Part shown: piece after piece, positions 28,487 to 38,214 of the stretch
Layout: each line of letters begins with the position of its first letter
Numbering within the stretch: the first letter of the stretch is position 1
Virus record (IMG/VR): IMGVR_UViG_3300032240_002260
Location: 1-54,824 of that record
Strand: one strand, 5' to 3'
DNA: 54,824 nt
Origin: a virus
Taxonomy: Duplodnaviria; Caudoviricetes
Made by a program: the position numbers and the translations under genes
Notes under the pieces: generated by a model
Seen by the model: only the letters and a program-made list of their open reading frames with translations
Told to the model about the DNA's origin: nothing
The model's database searches: none

Positions 28487-29161
28487 ATGAAAAATGTGAT
28501 GTTTATACATGCTGGTAATTTAATTGTAGATAAAAATGGAGTCGATAATAAAGATAGATGTCAAAATATAGTAAATGAAATAGCTGATTATATATTGGAA
28601 TCTAAGATATACGAAGACTTAGAATTTATAAGTTTAGAGTTATTAGGAGATCCAAATATTAATTTTAATGTTCCCAAAGGAGTTATTAATTATAATGGAG
28701 CAAATGTCCATCAGTGGGAATTTCCAACTCTAAGAAAAATAATAGAGTATTCTAAATCAAATCCAGAAGATAATATTTTATATGTCCACACAAAAGGATC
28801 GAGTAATAATATAGGAGTTGCTGAATTTAAATGGATAGAAGATGTAAGAAATTATCAATTGTATTTTAATATACTTCAATACAAGGATAGTTTAGAATAT
28901 CTTAAAGAATATGATTGCTGCGGTGTTGAATTGATAGATGACCCAGTTAAACATTATTCCCAAAATTTTTGGTGGGCAAAAGCAAGTCATATAAACACAT
29001 TAGAAAATCCAGAAACAATGCCTCCTGTTTTTGATTATAGGCATAATTGTGAATTTTGGGTATGTTCTAATCCTAACTCTAAATATAAAAGTAAATTTAA
29101 TCTATATAATCATTATATTGATGCACATGATTTTTCAAAACACTTATATACAAAAAAATAA
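28487..29161 (+). CDS. Putative glycosyltransferase (YxHTKG...NFWW type)
   Basis: LYVHTKG, NFWW and R..CEFW motifs; context. Confidence 0.5.
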   Translation: MKNVMFIHAGNLIVDKNGVDNKDRCQNIVNEIADYILESKIYEDLEFISLELLGDPNINFNVPKGVINYNGANVHQWEFPTLRKIIEYSKSNPEDNILYVHTKGSSNNIGVAEFKWIEDVRNYQLYFNILQYKDSLEYLKEYDCCGVELIDDPVKHYSQNFWWAKASHINTLENPETMPPVFDYRHNCEFWVCSNPNSKYKSKFNLYNHYIDAHDFSKHLYTKK

Positions 29162-29164
29162 ATT

Positions 29165-29740
29165 ATGAACTACTCTCAATTAAATCAAGACCTTTGGATA
29201 TTATCTAAATTTGATAAAGATTTTAAAGGCTTTTTTGTAGACGTCGGAGCTAATGATGGGATCACAATTAATAATAGTTATCTTTTAGAGCAAAACGGAT
29301 GGAATGGAGTTTGTATAGAACCTAATATACATGAATTTAATAAGTTGAATGAATCTAGAAAATCCAATAACTATCAAGTATGTATTTCAGATTTTAATGG
29401 AAAATGCTATTTTGAAGAGAATGGATTTTTTGGAAAAATATTAGGAAAAAATGCTGGTAATACTGATTGTTTCACCTTAGAATATTTTTTAGATAATATA
29501 GACGCTCCTAAAATTATAGACTACCTATCTATTGATGTTGAAGGAGGTGAATATGATATTATAAAAGACTTTCCATTTGAAAAATATTTTATCAAATATA
29601 TTACAATTGAGCATAATGCTTATGGACATAATTTTGCTTTAAAAAATAATATATACTCTGTACTTTCCAACTATTTTAATATAGAAAAAGAAAATGTAGA
29701 AGGATTTGAAGATTGGTACGTAAATAAAAAAATAATATAA
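29165..29740 (+). CDS. FkbM family methyltransferase
   Basis: FVDVGANDG, GW.G.CIEP, LSIDVEGGE. Confidence 0.88.
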   Translation: MNYSQLNQDLWILSKFDKDFKGFFVDVGANDGITINNSYLLEQNGWNGVCIEPNIHEFNKLNESRKSNNYQVCISDFNGKCYFEENGFFGKILGKNAGNTDCFTLEYFLDNIDAPKIIDYLSIDVEGGEYDIIKDFPFEKYFIKYITIEHNAYGHNFALKNNIYSVLSNYFNIEKENVEGFEDWYVNKKII

Positions 29741-29741
29741 T

Positions 29742-30698
29742 ATGACAAAAGTAGTATATGTAACAGGATGTTTAGGACTTATTGGAAGTCATATAACAAG
29801 AGAGTGTTTAGAAAAAGGTTGGTACGTTATGGGAGTAGACGCAGTGACTTATGCTGCAAATACAGACTTATTAGTTGAGTTTACTAAATATGATAATTTT
29901 TCATTTTTAGGAGATGATATTAATAATCTTAAATTTATACATGAGTGTGATTACATTATCAACACCGCAGCAGAAACACACGTAGGCAATTCAATCGCTA
30001 ATTCAGATAAGTTCGTTACTTCTAATATTAATGGAGTCCATACTATTCTTGAACTACTAAGAAATTACAGACAGGAGACAACTAAGGTTCCTATACTACT
30101 TCACTTTTCAACAGATGAAGTATATGGAGACATAGAAGATGGTGCGCATACAGAGAAAGATTTACTTAAACCGTCTAATCCATATTCAGCAACTAAAGCT
30201 GCAGCAGATCAATTAATACTAGCATGGGGTAGGACATACAAAATTCCTTATGTTATAGTAAGACCAACTAATAATTATGGAGTAGGTCAATATGTAGAAA
30301 AGCTTATACCTAAAACATGTAAGTATCTTACTCTTGAAAGAAAGGTACCACTTCATAATGGAGGATCTCCTATTCGTAATTGGCTACATGCTGGAGATAC
30401 TGCTAAAGCTATAGTAACTATAATAGAGTCTGGAGTTCAAAATGAAATATTCAATATTGCTGGTGGATATGAGCAAACAAATTTAGACACTGTAAAGAAA
30501 GTTATAAATAATTACACTGGATTTGATACATTTGATATAAATGATTATATAGATACAGATTATTCCAGACCAGGTCAAGATGTAAGATACGCATTAGATG
30601 ATAACAAACTTAGAAGTCTTGGTTGGGAACCTACAAAAGTATTTGATATAGAAATAAAAAAGATTGTCGAGTATTATAAAAATAAGTTTATATGGTAA
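29742..30698 (+). CDS. rmlB: dTDP-glucose 4,6-dehydratase
   Basis: AAETHV, STDEVYG, PYSATKA, NNYG..Q..EKLIP, RPGQD.RYA. Confidence 0.85.
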   Translation: MTKVVYVTGCLGLIGSHITRECLEKGWYVMGVDAVTYAANTDLLVEFTKYDNFSFLGDDINNLKFIHECDYIINTAAETHVGNSIANSDKFVTSNINGVHTILELLRNYRQETTKVPILLHFSTDEVYGDIEDGAHTEKDLLKPSNPYSATKAAADQLILAWGRTYKIPYVIVRPTNNYGVGQYVEKLIPKTCKYLTLERKVPLHNGGSPIRNWLHAGDTAKAIVTIIESGVQNEIFNIAGGYEQTNLDTVKKVINNYTGFDTFDINDYIDTDYSRPGQDVRYALDDNKLRSLGWEPTKVFDIEIKKIVEYYKNKFIW

Positions 30699-32473
30699 AA
30701 GTAAGTGATCTTATTGCCGAATTTTTAAAAGTAAAAAAAATTGATACTGTATTCGGTATTATAGGATCTGCTAATTCACATATTTTTGATTCAATACACA
30801 AATTAGGATATACAAAAATAATTAATACACATCACGAACAAGCAGCTGTAATGGCAATGGGTGCATACTATAGAGCATCAGGTAAATTGTCTGCGGCTAT
30901 TGTTACGGCTGGAGGCGGTGTGACAAATGCAGTAACTGGTGTAGTAAGTAATTGGGCAGACTCAATCCCAGGTATTATCATATCAGGCCAAGAGAATTAT
31001 AACTATGTTAGTACTCAAGAAGATCTAAGAATGTATGGAACTCAAGGTCTTAATATAACTAAGATGCTGAGTGATGTTACAAAGAAAGCAGTAGCATTTG
31101 ATAATGATATGGATATTCAAACTGTTTTAGAAATTTTAGATCATACAACAACTGTAGGTAGGCCAGGACCTGTTTGGTTAGATGTTCCAATGAATCTACA
31201 AGCTAAGATGGTAGAGAGAAGAGATTGGAAATTTATTGAACCTATTACAATAGAAACTGATATAGAATTAATTGTAGATGAGATTAACAAATCTAAAAGA
31301 CCTGTTATAGTAGGTGGTAATGGCATAAGATTATCAGGAGCCAAAAAAGAATTCAATGATCTATTAAACTATCTTAGAATACCAACACTACTTACATGGT
31401 CAGGTATAGATTTATTAGAAGACACTAATCCAAACTTTTTTGGTAGATTTGGTTTATATGGTCAAAGAGCTGCAAACTTTATTGTACAAAATGCAGATCT
31501 AGTAATTGTATTGGGAAGTAGATTGGCACTACCACAAGTTGGATATGACTTTAGTCAATTTGCAAGAGGTGCAAAGATTATTGTTGTTGATATAGATGAA
31601 CTCGAAGGAACTAAATATCCAGTAGAATTTGTTTGGGGAGATTGTAAGACAGTTATAAACAAACTAATTCAATCTTCTTATATGACATGGGGATATAAAG
31701 AAGAGTGGGTTAATCATTGTAATGAACTAAAGACTAAATATCCTTTAGTAGAAGAAGCTCATAAAGATAATGGATATCTGAACTCATATAAATTTATAAC
31801 TAAATTATCTGATCATCTAAAAGATAATCACGTTATAGTTACAGATATGGGAACTGCACTACTTAGTGGCCATCAAAATATAAAGTTAAAGAAAGATCAA
31901 GTAATGTTTACATCTCAAGGTCTTGGTGAAATGGGATATGGTCTTCCTGGTGCATTAGGCGCTGCTGCAGCTTGTCCTGATAAACCTATCTTGTGTATGA
32001 ATTGCGATGGTGGTATTATGATGAATCTACAAGAACTTCACACTATAATTGAAAATGGATTTGATAATGTTAAAATCATTATATTCAATAACGATGGTTA
32101 TTTGATGATTAAGCATACACAAAAAATGTTATTCAAAGGAGACTATGTTAGTGTAGATAAGAAAACAGGTATTGGATTACCTGATTTTAGTAAATTAATG
32201 CCTGCGTTTGGATACAATTATTATGGATTAAAGAAATGGGATGATTTTGACATGGTAGTAAATGCCTTCATAAACAGTAATAAAGCCACAGTACTAGAGG
32301 TGTTTATGGATCCAGAGCAAGATTTCATTCCTAAAGTAAAAGGAGTTCTTAAAGAAGATCTAACTATCATGGCTCCACCTATTGAAGAGATGTCTCCTCT
32401 ATTACCATTTGAAACTGTACAAAAAGAAATGATAGTAGATATTAGTGAAAAATCTAAACTAATTAAAAGATGA
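30692..32473 (+). CDS. ThDP-dependent carboligase (acetolactate synthase-like, YerE/ErwE type)
   Basis: HHEQAA.MA, GRPGPVWLDVP, FGRFG.YGQRAANF..QNAD, G.GEMGYGLP, CDGGIMMNLQE, NNDGY; sugar-pathway context. Confidence 0.8.
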   Translation: MVKVSDLIAEFLKVKKIDTVFGIIGSANSHIFDSIHKLGYTKIINTHHEQAAVMAMGAYYRASGKLSAAIVTAGGGVTNAVTGVVSNWADSIPGIIISGQENYNYVSTQEDLRMYGTQGLNITKMLSDVTKKAVAFDNDMDIQTVLEILDHTTTVGRPGPVWLDVPMNLQAKMVERRDWKFIEPITIETDIELIVDEINKSKRPVIVGGNGIRLSGAKKEFNDLLNYLRIPTLLTWSGIDLLEDTNPNFFGRFGLYGQRAANFIVQNADLVIVLGSRLALPQVGYDFSQFARGAKIIVVDIDELEGTKYPVEFVWGDCKTVINKLIQSSYMTWGYKEEWVNHCNELKTKYPLVEEAHKDNGYLNSYKFITKLSDHLKDNHVIVTDMGTALLSGHQNIKLKKDQVMFTSQGLGEMGYGLPGALGAAAACPDKPILCMNCDGGIMMNLQELHTIIENGFDNVKIIIFNNDGYLMIKHTQKMLFKGDYVSVDKKTGIGLPDFSKLMPAFGYNYYGLKKWDDFDMVVNAFINSNKATVLEVFMDPEQDFIPKVKGVLKEDLTIMAPPIEEMSPLLPFETVQKEMIVDISEKSKLIKR

Positions 32474-33318
32474 TTAAAGCAGGAATTATAGGAACAGGTA
32501 ACATTGGTACTGATCTATTATTGAAAATACTGAAGACAAAAGAAATAAAACCTGTTATATTTGCAGGACGTAGAATGAATTCTGATGGTATATCAATTGC
32601 TAAAAGTAAAGGAGTAGAAGTAACAGATAAAGGCATTCAATATTTTATAGAAAATCCTAAATGTTGTGATGTAGTATTTGATTGTACTAGTGCAGCTGAT
32701 GCTATTAAACATGCATCTATATTTGAAGAACAAGGAATTAAAGTAGTGGATCTAACTCCTGCAAAAGTAGGACCTTTGTGTGTACCTAGTATTAATCCAG
32801 AAGTTATATTGACTGAAGGTAATGTTAATATGATCACATGTGGTGGACAAGCTTCTATGCCTATGTTGAATCTAATATCAAAATATTGTGATGGTTTAGA
32901 TTATATAGAGATCGTATCTCAAATTGCATCTAAGAGTGCAGGTATGGCAACTAGAATTAATATTGATTCTTATATTGACACAACAGAAAAAGCTATAAAG
33001 AAATTTACTGGCTGTGATAATTGTAAAGTGATATTGAATCTAAATCCTGCCGAACCTTGTGTTGATATGCAGACTACGATGTTTATTAAATTTAAATCAA
33101 TAAACTTTAATAGTTTAGTAGGAGAGATTTATAAGAAAGTAAAAGAACTTCAAACCTATATTCCATACTATGAATTAGTATTGCCTCCAGTAATCAATGA
33201 TGACATACTAGTTCTAAGTATTAAAGTAAAAGGAACTGGAGATTATCTTCCAGAGTATGCTGGTAATTTGGACATCATTAACTGTGCGGCAATTGAAATA
33301 ACTAAAACATTATTCTAA
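32470..33318 (+). CDS. mhpF: Acetaldehyde dehydrogenase (acylating), DmpF/MhpF
   Basis: IIGTGNIGTDL, DLTPA, NMITCGGQA, SAG.ATR.NID, GDYLP.YAGNLDI. Confidence 0.93.
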   Translation: MIKAGIIGTGNIGTDLLLKILKTKEIKPVIFAGRRMNSDGISIAKSKGVEVTDKGIQYFIENPKCCDVVFDCTSAADAIKHASIFEEQGIKVVDLTPAKVGPLCVPSINPEVILTEGNVNMITCGGQASMPMLNLISKYCDGLDYIEIVSQIASKSAGMATRINIDSYIDTTEKAIKKFTGCDNCKVILNLNPAEPCVDMQTTMFIKFKSINFNSLVGEIYKKVKELQTYIPYYELVLPPVINDDILVLSIKVKGTGDYLPEYAGNLDIINCAAIEITKTLF

Positions 33319-34316
33319 TGCATAAAATTACAATAACAGATTCATCTTTAAGAGATGGTAATCACGCAGTAAAGCATACAATAAATCTTGATCAAATAAA
33401 AAGATACTGTCAATTTGCTGATAGCGCAAAGATTCCTATTGTTGAAGTAGGACATGGTAATGGTTTAGGAGCATCATCATTATTGATTGGACAATCTCCA
33501 TATTCTGATAGAGAGATCTTGAGTGTAGCTAGAGAGAATCTTAAAACATCTAAATTAGGAATTCATATTATTCCAGGAATTGCAACAGTAAAAAAAGATA
33601 TTGAACCTGCAATTGATTTAGGTGTAGATGTATTTAGAATCGCTACTCATTGTACAGAAGCAACACTATCTAAATCACATATAGAGTATCTAAAGAGTAA
33701 AGACAAAACTGTACTAGGTGTATTGATGATGAGTGCGCTGGCAGATATTAAAACATTAGTAGAGAATGCAAAGATTATGGAAGAGTATGGAGCTGAAGCA
33801 GTAATCATAATGGATTCAACAGGAACTTATCTACCTTCTGATGTATATGAAAGGATTGGTGCTCTTAAAGACAATTTAAAAATAGATATAGGTTTTCATG
33901 CTCATGATAATTTAGGTTTAGCTACAGCAAATTCATTGGCCGCAGTTGTAGAAGGAGCCACATATATTGATGCATGCATTAGAGGGTTTGGTGCCGGTGC
34001 TGGTAATGCACATTTAGAAATGCTTATACCTGTTTTAGAAAAGAGTGGATATGAAATAGGAATAGACTTTCAAAAAGTTATTATTGAAGCAGATAAAGTT
34101 ATGGACTATCTGGTACCTAATGCTCCTGTATCTACACCTGTCAATGTATTAACAGGACTTAATAGATTATTCTCAGGATTCGAGAAGCCTATTATCAAAG
34201 CATCTAAATTATATGGCATAGAATATTCATCATTAATCTTTGAACTTGGAAATAGAAAGTTAGTTGCTGGTCAAGAAGATCTTATATTAGAAGTAGCTCA
34301 AAAGTTGAAGAAATGA
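33318..34316 (+). CDS. mhpE: 4-hydroxy-2-oxovalerate aldolase, DmpG/MhpE
   Basis: LRDGNHA, EVGHG.GLG, THCTEA, GFHAH.NLG, G.GAGAGN, VAGQED. Confidence 0.93.
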   Translation: MHKITITDSSLRDGNHAVKHTINLDQIKRYCQFADSAKIPIVEVGHGNGLGASSLLIGQSPYSDREILSVARENLKTSKLGIHIIPGIATVKKDIEPAIDLGVDVFRIATHCTEATLSKSHIEYLKSKDKTVLGVLMMSALADIKTLVENAKIMEEYGAEAVIIMDSTGTYLPSDVYERIGALKDNLKIDIGFHAHDNLGLATANSLAAVVEGATYIDACIRGFGAGAGNAHLEMLIPVLEKSGYEIGIDFQKVIIEADKVMDYLVPNAPVSTPVNVLTGLNRLFSGFEKPIIKASKLYGIEYSSLIFELGNRKLVAGQEDLILEVAQKLKK

Positions 34317-35089
34317 AAATACTAATTACAGGTGCAAATGGATATATAGGTAAGTCTTTATATAATGCTTTAAAAGATAAGCACGAAGTTGCAATTATTA
34401 ATAGACAAAAATGTGATCTAACAAATTCAGAAGATGTTCACTTCTATTTTTTAGATGCTTGGGTCGATGTTGTAATTCATTGCGCAGTAGCAGGAGGTCA
34501 TAGATTAAAGAATGATGAATGGAAAGTAATGGATGAGAACTTAATGATGTACTATAATTTACTACAAAATAAAAAACACTTTGGTAAGTTAATACATTTT
34601 GGTTCAGGAGCAGAGATATATAAATCAGAAGAACCTTATGGATTCAGTAAGTCTGCAATAAGGAATTCTATTTTAGTAAATGATAACTTTTACAATCTTA
34701 GAATTTATGGAGTGTTTGATGAGAATGAATTAGATACTAGGTTTATAAAAGCAAATATCAAACGGTATATCAATAAAGAACCACTATCTATATATGAAAA
34801 TAAGTACATGGACTTTATTTATATGCCTGATTTAGTTTCTGTTGTTGACTATTATATTAAAGAAACAAATCCTCCAAAAGAAACAGAATGTAGGTATAAA
34901 GGGTTTAGTAATTTAAGATCAATAGCAGAAGAAATAAATACACTATCTGATTATAGAGTACCTATTTATATAACACAAGAATACGGTGGATCTTATATTG
35001 GAACAGAGTTTCCTATTGACTTAAAATACATAGGACTAGAACAAGGAATTAAAAACGTCTATAAATCATTATTAAATGAAGCAAATTAG
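34313..35089 (+). CDS. NAD-dependent epimerase/reductase (YerF-like SDR)
   Basis: ITGANGYIG, FGSGAE, PYGFSK (YxxxK). Confidence 0.8.
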   Translation: MKILITGANGYIGKSLYNALKDKHEVAIINRQKCDLTNSEDVHFYFLDAWVDVVIHCAVAGGHRLKNDEWKVMDENLMMYYNLLQNKKHFGKLIHFGSGAEIYKSEEPYGFSKSAIRNSILVNDNFYNLRIYGVFDENELDTRFIKANIKRYINKEPLSIYENKYMDFIYMPDLVSVVDYYIKETNPPKETECRYKGFSNLRSIAEEINTLSDYRVPIYITQEYGGSYIGTEFPIDLKYIGLEQGIKNVYKSLLNEAN

Positions 35090-36359
35090 TTTTGTAATAA
35101 ACACATCAGTTAATACTAGAGATCACATAGAGCTATTGATTAGATCTCTAAAAGAGAACCTATCAGGAAAAGAGCATGAGATACTTGTATTTGTAGATTC
35201 AGATAATGAAGGAACTACAGAGTGGCTTAAAGAACAGAAGAAAGACTTTTATGATCTAAAAATAATAACTCATAAACTTAAACCATGCGTAGGTTACGCA
35301 AGAAACAATAACCTATTAGTTGAGTTAGCAAAACATGACATAATTTCTTATCTACAGTCTGATATGGTGATAGGTCCTAACTACGATCTACATCTATTAA
35401 ATCAAATAGAAGATAATGCAATCATATCTGCTACTAGAGTTGAACCACCACTTCATGGATTTTCAGACTACACAATAGCAAAAAACTTTGGTACTGATCC
35501 TACTGTATTTAATATGGCAGAGTGGAATCAATATTCAGAATCGGTAAGATCTAATAGAGCAGCGACTTATTTCTTTGCCCCAATTACATTCTATAAAAAA
35601 GTATGGGAAGATCTTGGAGGATATGATACTATCTTTAGAAGATCTAGAGAAGATTCTGACTTTCTTCAAAGAGCAATTCAAAAAGGAGTAAAGCTTATTC
35701 AAACATGGGAAGCAAATGTATATCATTTCACCTGTGTATCATCTAGAGGAAAGAATTGGTTTGATAGTCGTAATGAAAAAGCAAAGAAGAGAACAGAGAT
35801 CCAACAAGTTGCTGATGGAGTTGAGTTAAGGAGGTTTATCAGGAAGTGGGGTAACTTTAATCACGGAGAGTCTAAGTTAAGTAAACTAGACATGGACTTC
35901 GTAGTTGATGAAAATACTAACCTCTCAGTAGATCTATTAGTTCATATTGAGCCTTACTTCTCAAGAATGTGGTTCAAGACTCAAGAGCAAAAAGATACTG
36001 CAATTAAGATGTTCTCTAATGAACATGATCTAGCAAATGAATTATTAGGATTCACAAAAGAAGATTGGGAACTTGCCAAAAAGTATTACAACTTGACTGA
36101 TTATGATTCGATATATAAAGTAGGAGAGCCTCAAGATTTTAATATTAAAGTAACCGCTGAGTTTGGTAAGATGTATGCAGGAAATGATTTATTCCTTCAA
36201 TACCTGACGCGCCTGGGTGATGTTATAGAACCTTATGAACCAGGAATATATGAATTAGGATCAGCTAAAATAGAGGTCAGGAATGTGATCAGCCTAGTTC
36301 AGGATCAAATTAAGGTACAAAATCCACCATTCGATATGTCATTATTAACAATAGAGTAA
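35076..36359 (+). CDS. Glycosyltransferase family 2
   Basis: LQSDM, LGGYD, REDSD, YHF motifs. Confidence 0.82.
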   Translation: MKQISFVINTSVNTRDHIELLIRSLKENLSGKEHEILVFVDSDNEGTTEWLKEQKKDFYDLKIITHKLKPCVGYARNNNLLVELAKHDIISYLQSDMVIGPNYDLHLLNQIEDNAIISATRVEPPLHGFSDYTIAKNFGTDPTVFNMAEWNQYSESVRSNRAATYFFAPITFYKKVWEDLGGYDTIFRRSREDSDFLQRAIQKGVKLIQTWEANVYHFTCVSSRGKNWFDSRNEKAKKRTEIQQVADGVELRRFIRKWGNFNHGESKLSKLDMDFVVDENTNLSVDLLVHIEPYFSRMWFKTQEQKDTAIKMFSNEHDLANELLGFTKEDWELAKKYYNLTDYDSIYKVGEPQDFNIKVTAEFGKMYAGNDLFLQYLTRLGDVIEPYEPGIYELGSAKIEVRNVISLVQDQIKVQNPPFDMSLLTIE

Positions 36360-36381
36360 GATATTTATATAAAAAAGATAA

Positions 36382-36693
36382 ATGGAAGCAGTTAATCCTA
36401 TATTTAATATAACCGTAGCAGGAAAAAAATTCAAACTTCAATTCGATGTTAACTCTAACCCAACTAAAAAAGGAGTTAAACTTCAATTCATACTAGATGA
36501 AGAGTTCGAAGATCCTAGAGACAAACAAATGTTGGCTAATCAAATTAGTGTAGTACTTCAAAAAAGACTTGGAGCATCTGGAATTATGGTAGACTACGAT
36601 GATAGAAATCCGTATCGCAACGTGATCGGATTCATAGTTCCTCTAAACTCAGTAGCTACTATGATTATCAAAGCAATGAAAAATCCGGAATAA
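36382..36693 (+). CDS. Hypothetical phage protein
   Basis: 103 aa ORF after ATATTTAT motif. Confidence 0.7.
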   Translation: MEAVNPIFNITVAGKKFKLQFDVNSNPTKKGVKLQFILDEEFEDPRDKQMLANQISVVLQKRLGASGIMVDYDDRNPYRNVIGFIVPLNSVATMIIKAMKNPE

Positions 36694-36708
36694 AAATTTT
36701 TTAAGGTT

Positions 36709-37074
36709 ATGGCACAGAAGAGAAATGTTGTAAGAGCGTTATTTGACCAGCCTGAAAGTTTAAGATCAGAAGAAGTAGCAGACTCAGAGATACTTAAAAA
36801 TCTGATGAAGGCTCACGTACCTATTGCTATAGAATTGGCTATAGCTTCAAATAAGATATATGCATCTATATTTGAAATAAATGATTCAGATTGCTATTTA
36901 GAAATACATAAGAAACATTGGGCTCAGGCATTAGAGACTTGTCTTCTTTGGTATGTAGAAGATGAAGATTATGAAACCTGTAATCATATCAAAAGTTTAA
37001 TTCATTCTGTAAAAGAAAAGAATAAAACAAGTAAAGTATCTTTTAAAAATAATAAGAATGGAGAAGGACTATAA
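36709..37074 (+). CDS. Hypothetical protein with UVR-like C-terminal helix
   Basis: YVEDEDYETC..IK pattern. Confidence 0.6.
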   Translation: MAQKRNVVRALFDQPESLRSEEVADSEILKNLMKAHVPIAIELAIASNKIYASIFEINDSDCYLEIHKKHWAQALETCLLWYVEDEDYETCNHIKSLIHSVKEKNKTSKVSFKNNKNGEGL

Positions 37075-37465
37075 GCAGATTCAGATGGGTATTGATTCAA
37101 TAATAGGAACTAAAACTATTATAAGAAGAAGAAGAAAATCTACTTCAGATAAGAAAAGAGAAATGTTCTTCAACTTAATTACTAGCATTGACGAACTAAA
37201 TGTAAGACAGAATATAATGTTCTCTGATCTTGATTTAGATTTTTCAAACTACGATGAAAAGTTTTTTACAGTTATAGATACTTTAATCTATATGAATTTT
37301 GGTAAACAGTGTACTGAAGTTATAGGATTCTATTTATATGAAAGGATTAATATAGATGGAACTATAAATCCTATTATTGTAAATGAAAATGAGGAGTTGA
37401 TTCTAGAGAATGTTTATGATCTTTGGAATCTACTATGTAAAATAAATCCTAAGATTGATGAGTAA
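37058..37465 (+). CDS. Hypothetical phage protein
   Basis: 135 aa ORF in operon. Confidence 0.7.
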   Translation: MEKDYKQIQMGIDSIIGTKTIIRRRRKSTSDKKREMFFNLITSIDELNVRQNIMFSDLDLDFSNYDEKFFTVIDTLIYMNFGKQCTEVIGFYLYERINIDGTINPIIVNENEELILENVYDLWNLLCKINPKIDE

Positions 37466-38207
37466 GCATAGGTTTACAAAAGAGAATATGGCCAGAGATA
37501 AAAGGCCAGAATCTTGGTGGCATAAAGGACTTCAATTAACAGAAGAGCAGATAAGAGAGGCTATGGCAAATACTCGTAGTAATAAAGAGGCTGCGAGATG
37601 GTTAGGCATTACAGATATTACATATAAGAAATATTCTAAGTCTTATATAGATCAAGAAACGGGAAAGACTTTATTCCAACTCCATTTAAATCCTTCAGGA
37701 AAAGGCATGCCTAAAAACTGGGCAGGAGGAATATGGAAAAAGAATCTAGATGAAATGCTAATAGAGAATCAACCTATAAATTCTAAAAAGATATTAAGGT
37801 TGAAAGAACTATTAATGAAAGATGGCAGAATGGGATATCAATGTTCTGCATGTAAATTCTCAGAGAAGAGATTAACAGATATGAAAGCTCCGCTTCTATT
37901 AAATTTTAAGAACGGAAAGAAAAGCGATTGGAGACAAGAGAACTTACAGTGGCTTTGTTACAATTGTTACTTCTTATTTATTGGAAACCCATTCTCTAAT
38001 AAAATGTTAGAGAGAGTGGAGTCTCATGAGTTTAGTGTTCCTGAAATAAAGGAAGACGTACAAGAATTATATCAGCTCGACGATTTTTACTACGATCATT
38101 TAAAGAATCTTGGTTTAGAAGGCCAAGGAGATATCTTATTCAAAGACCAAGATCTAATAGACTACAAAGATACTGATGACGGATCCGAATTTATAGACCG
38201 GAAGTAG
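37455..38207 (+). CDS. HTH plus degenerate HNH zinc-finger protein
   Basis: SNKEAARWLGIT HTH; CSAC...ENLQWLCYNCY; usual HNH catalytic His not evident. Confidence 0.6.
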   Translation: MMSKHRFTKENMARDKRPESWWHKGLQLTEEQIREAMANTRSNKEAARWLGITDITYKKYSKSYIDQETGKTLFQLHLNPSGKGMPKNWAGGIWKKNLDEMLIENQPINSKKILRLKELLMKDGRMGYQCSACKFSEKRLTDMKAPLLLNFKNGKKSDWRQENLQWLCYNCYFLFIGNPFSNKMLERVESHEFSVPEIKEDVQELYQLDDFYYDHLKNLGLEGQGDILFKDQDLIDYKDTDDGSEFIDRK

Positions 38208-38214
38208 TCTTTTC

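Noticed and set aside
30692-32473. ilvB for branched-chain amino acid synthesis
   Set aside because: No ilvN/ilvC/ilvD; it lies between RmlB and DmpFG/SDR, as YerE-type enzymes do
32470-34316. dmpF/dmpG as aromatic-degradation auxiliary metabolic genes
   Set aside because: No dioxygenase, hydrolase or hydratase in the window; the genes are coupled to NDP-sugar enzymes
16128-36359. Bacterial chromosomal O-antigen/capsule locus
   Set aside because: No wzx/wzy/wza or housekeeping neighbours; phage-type hypothetical genes are interleaved and flank it
37455-38207. Active mobile homing endonuclease
   Set aside because: The Cys motifs remain but the catalytic His is not evident; kept only as an HTH/zinc-finger protein
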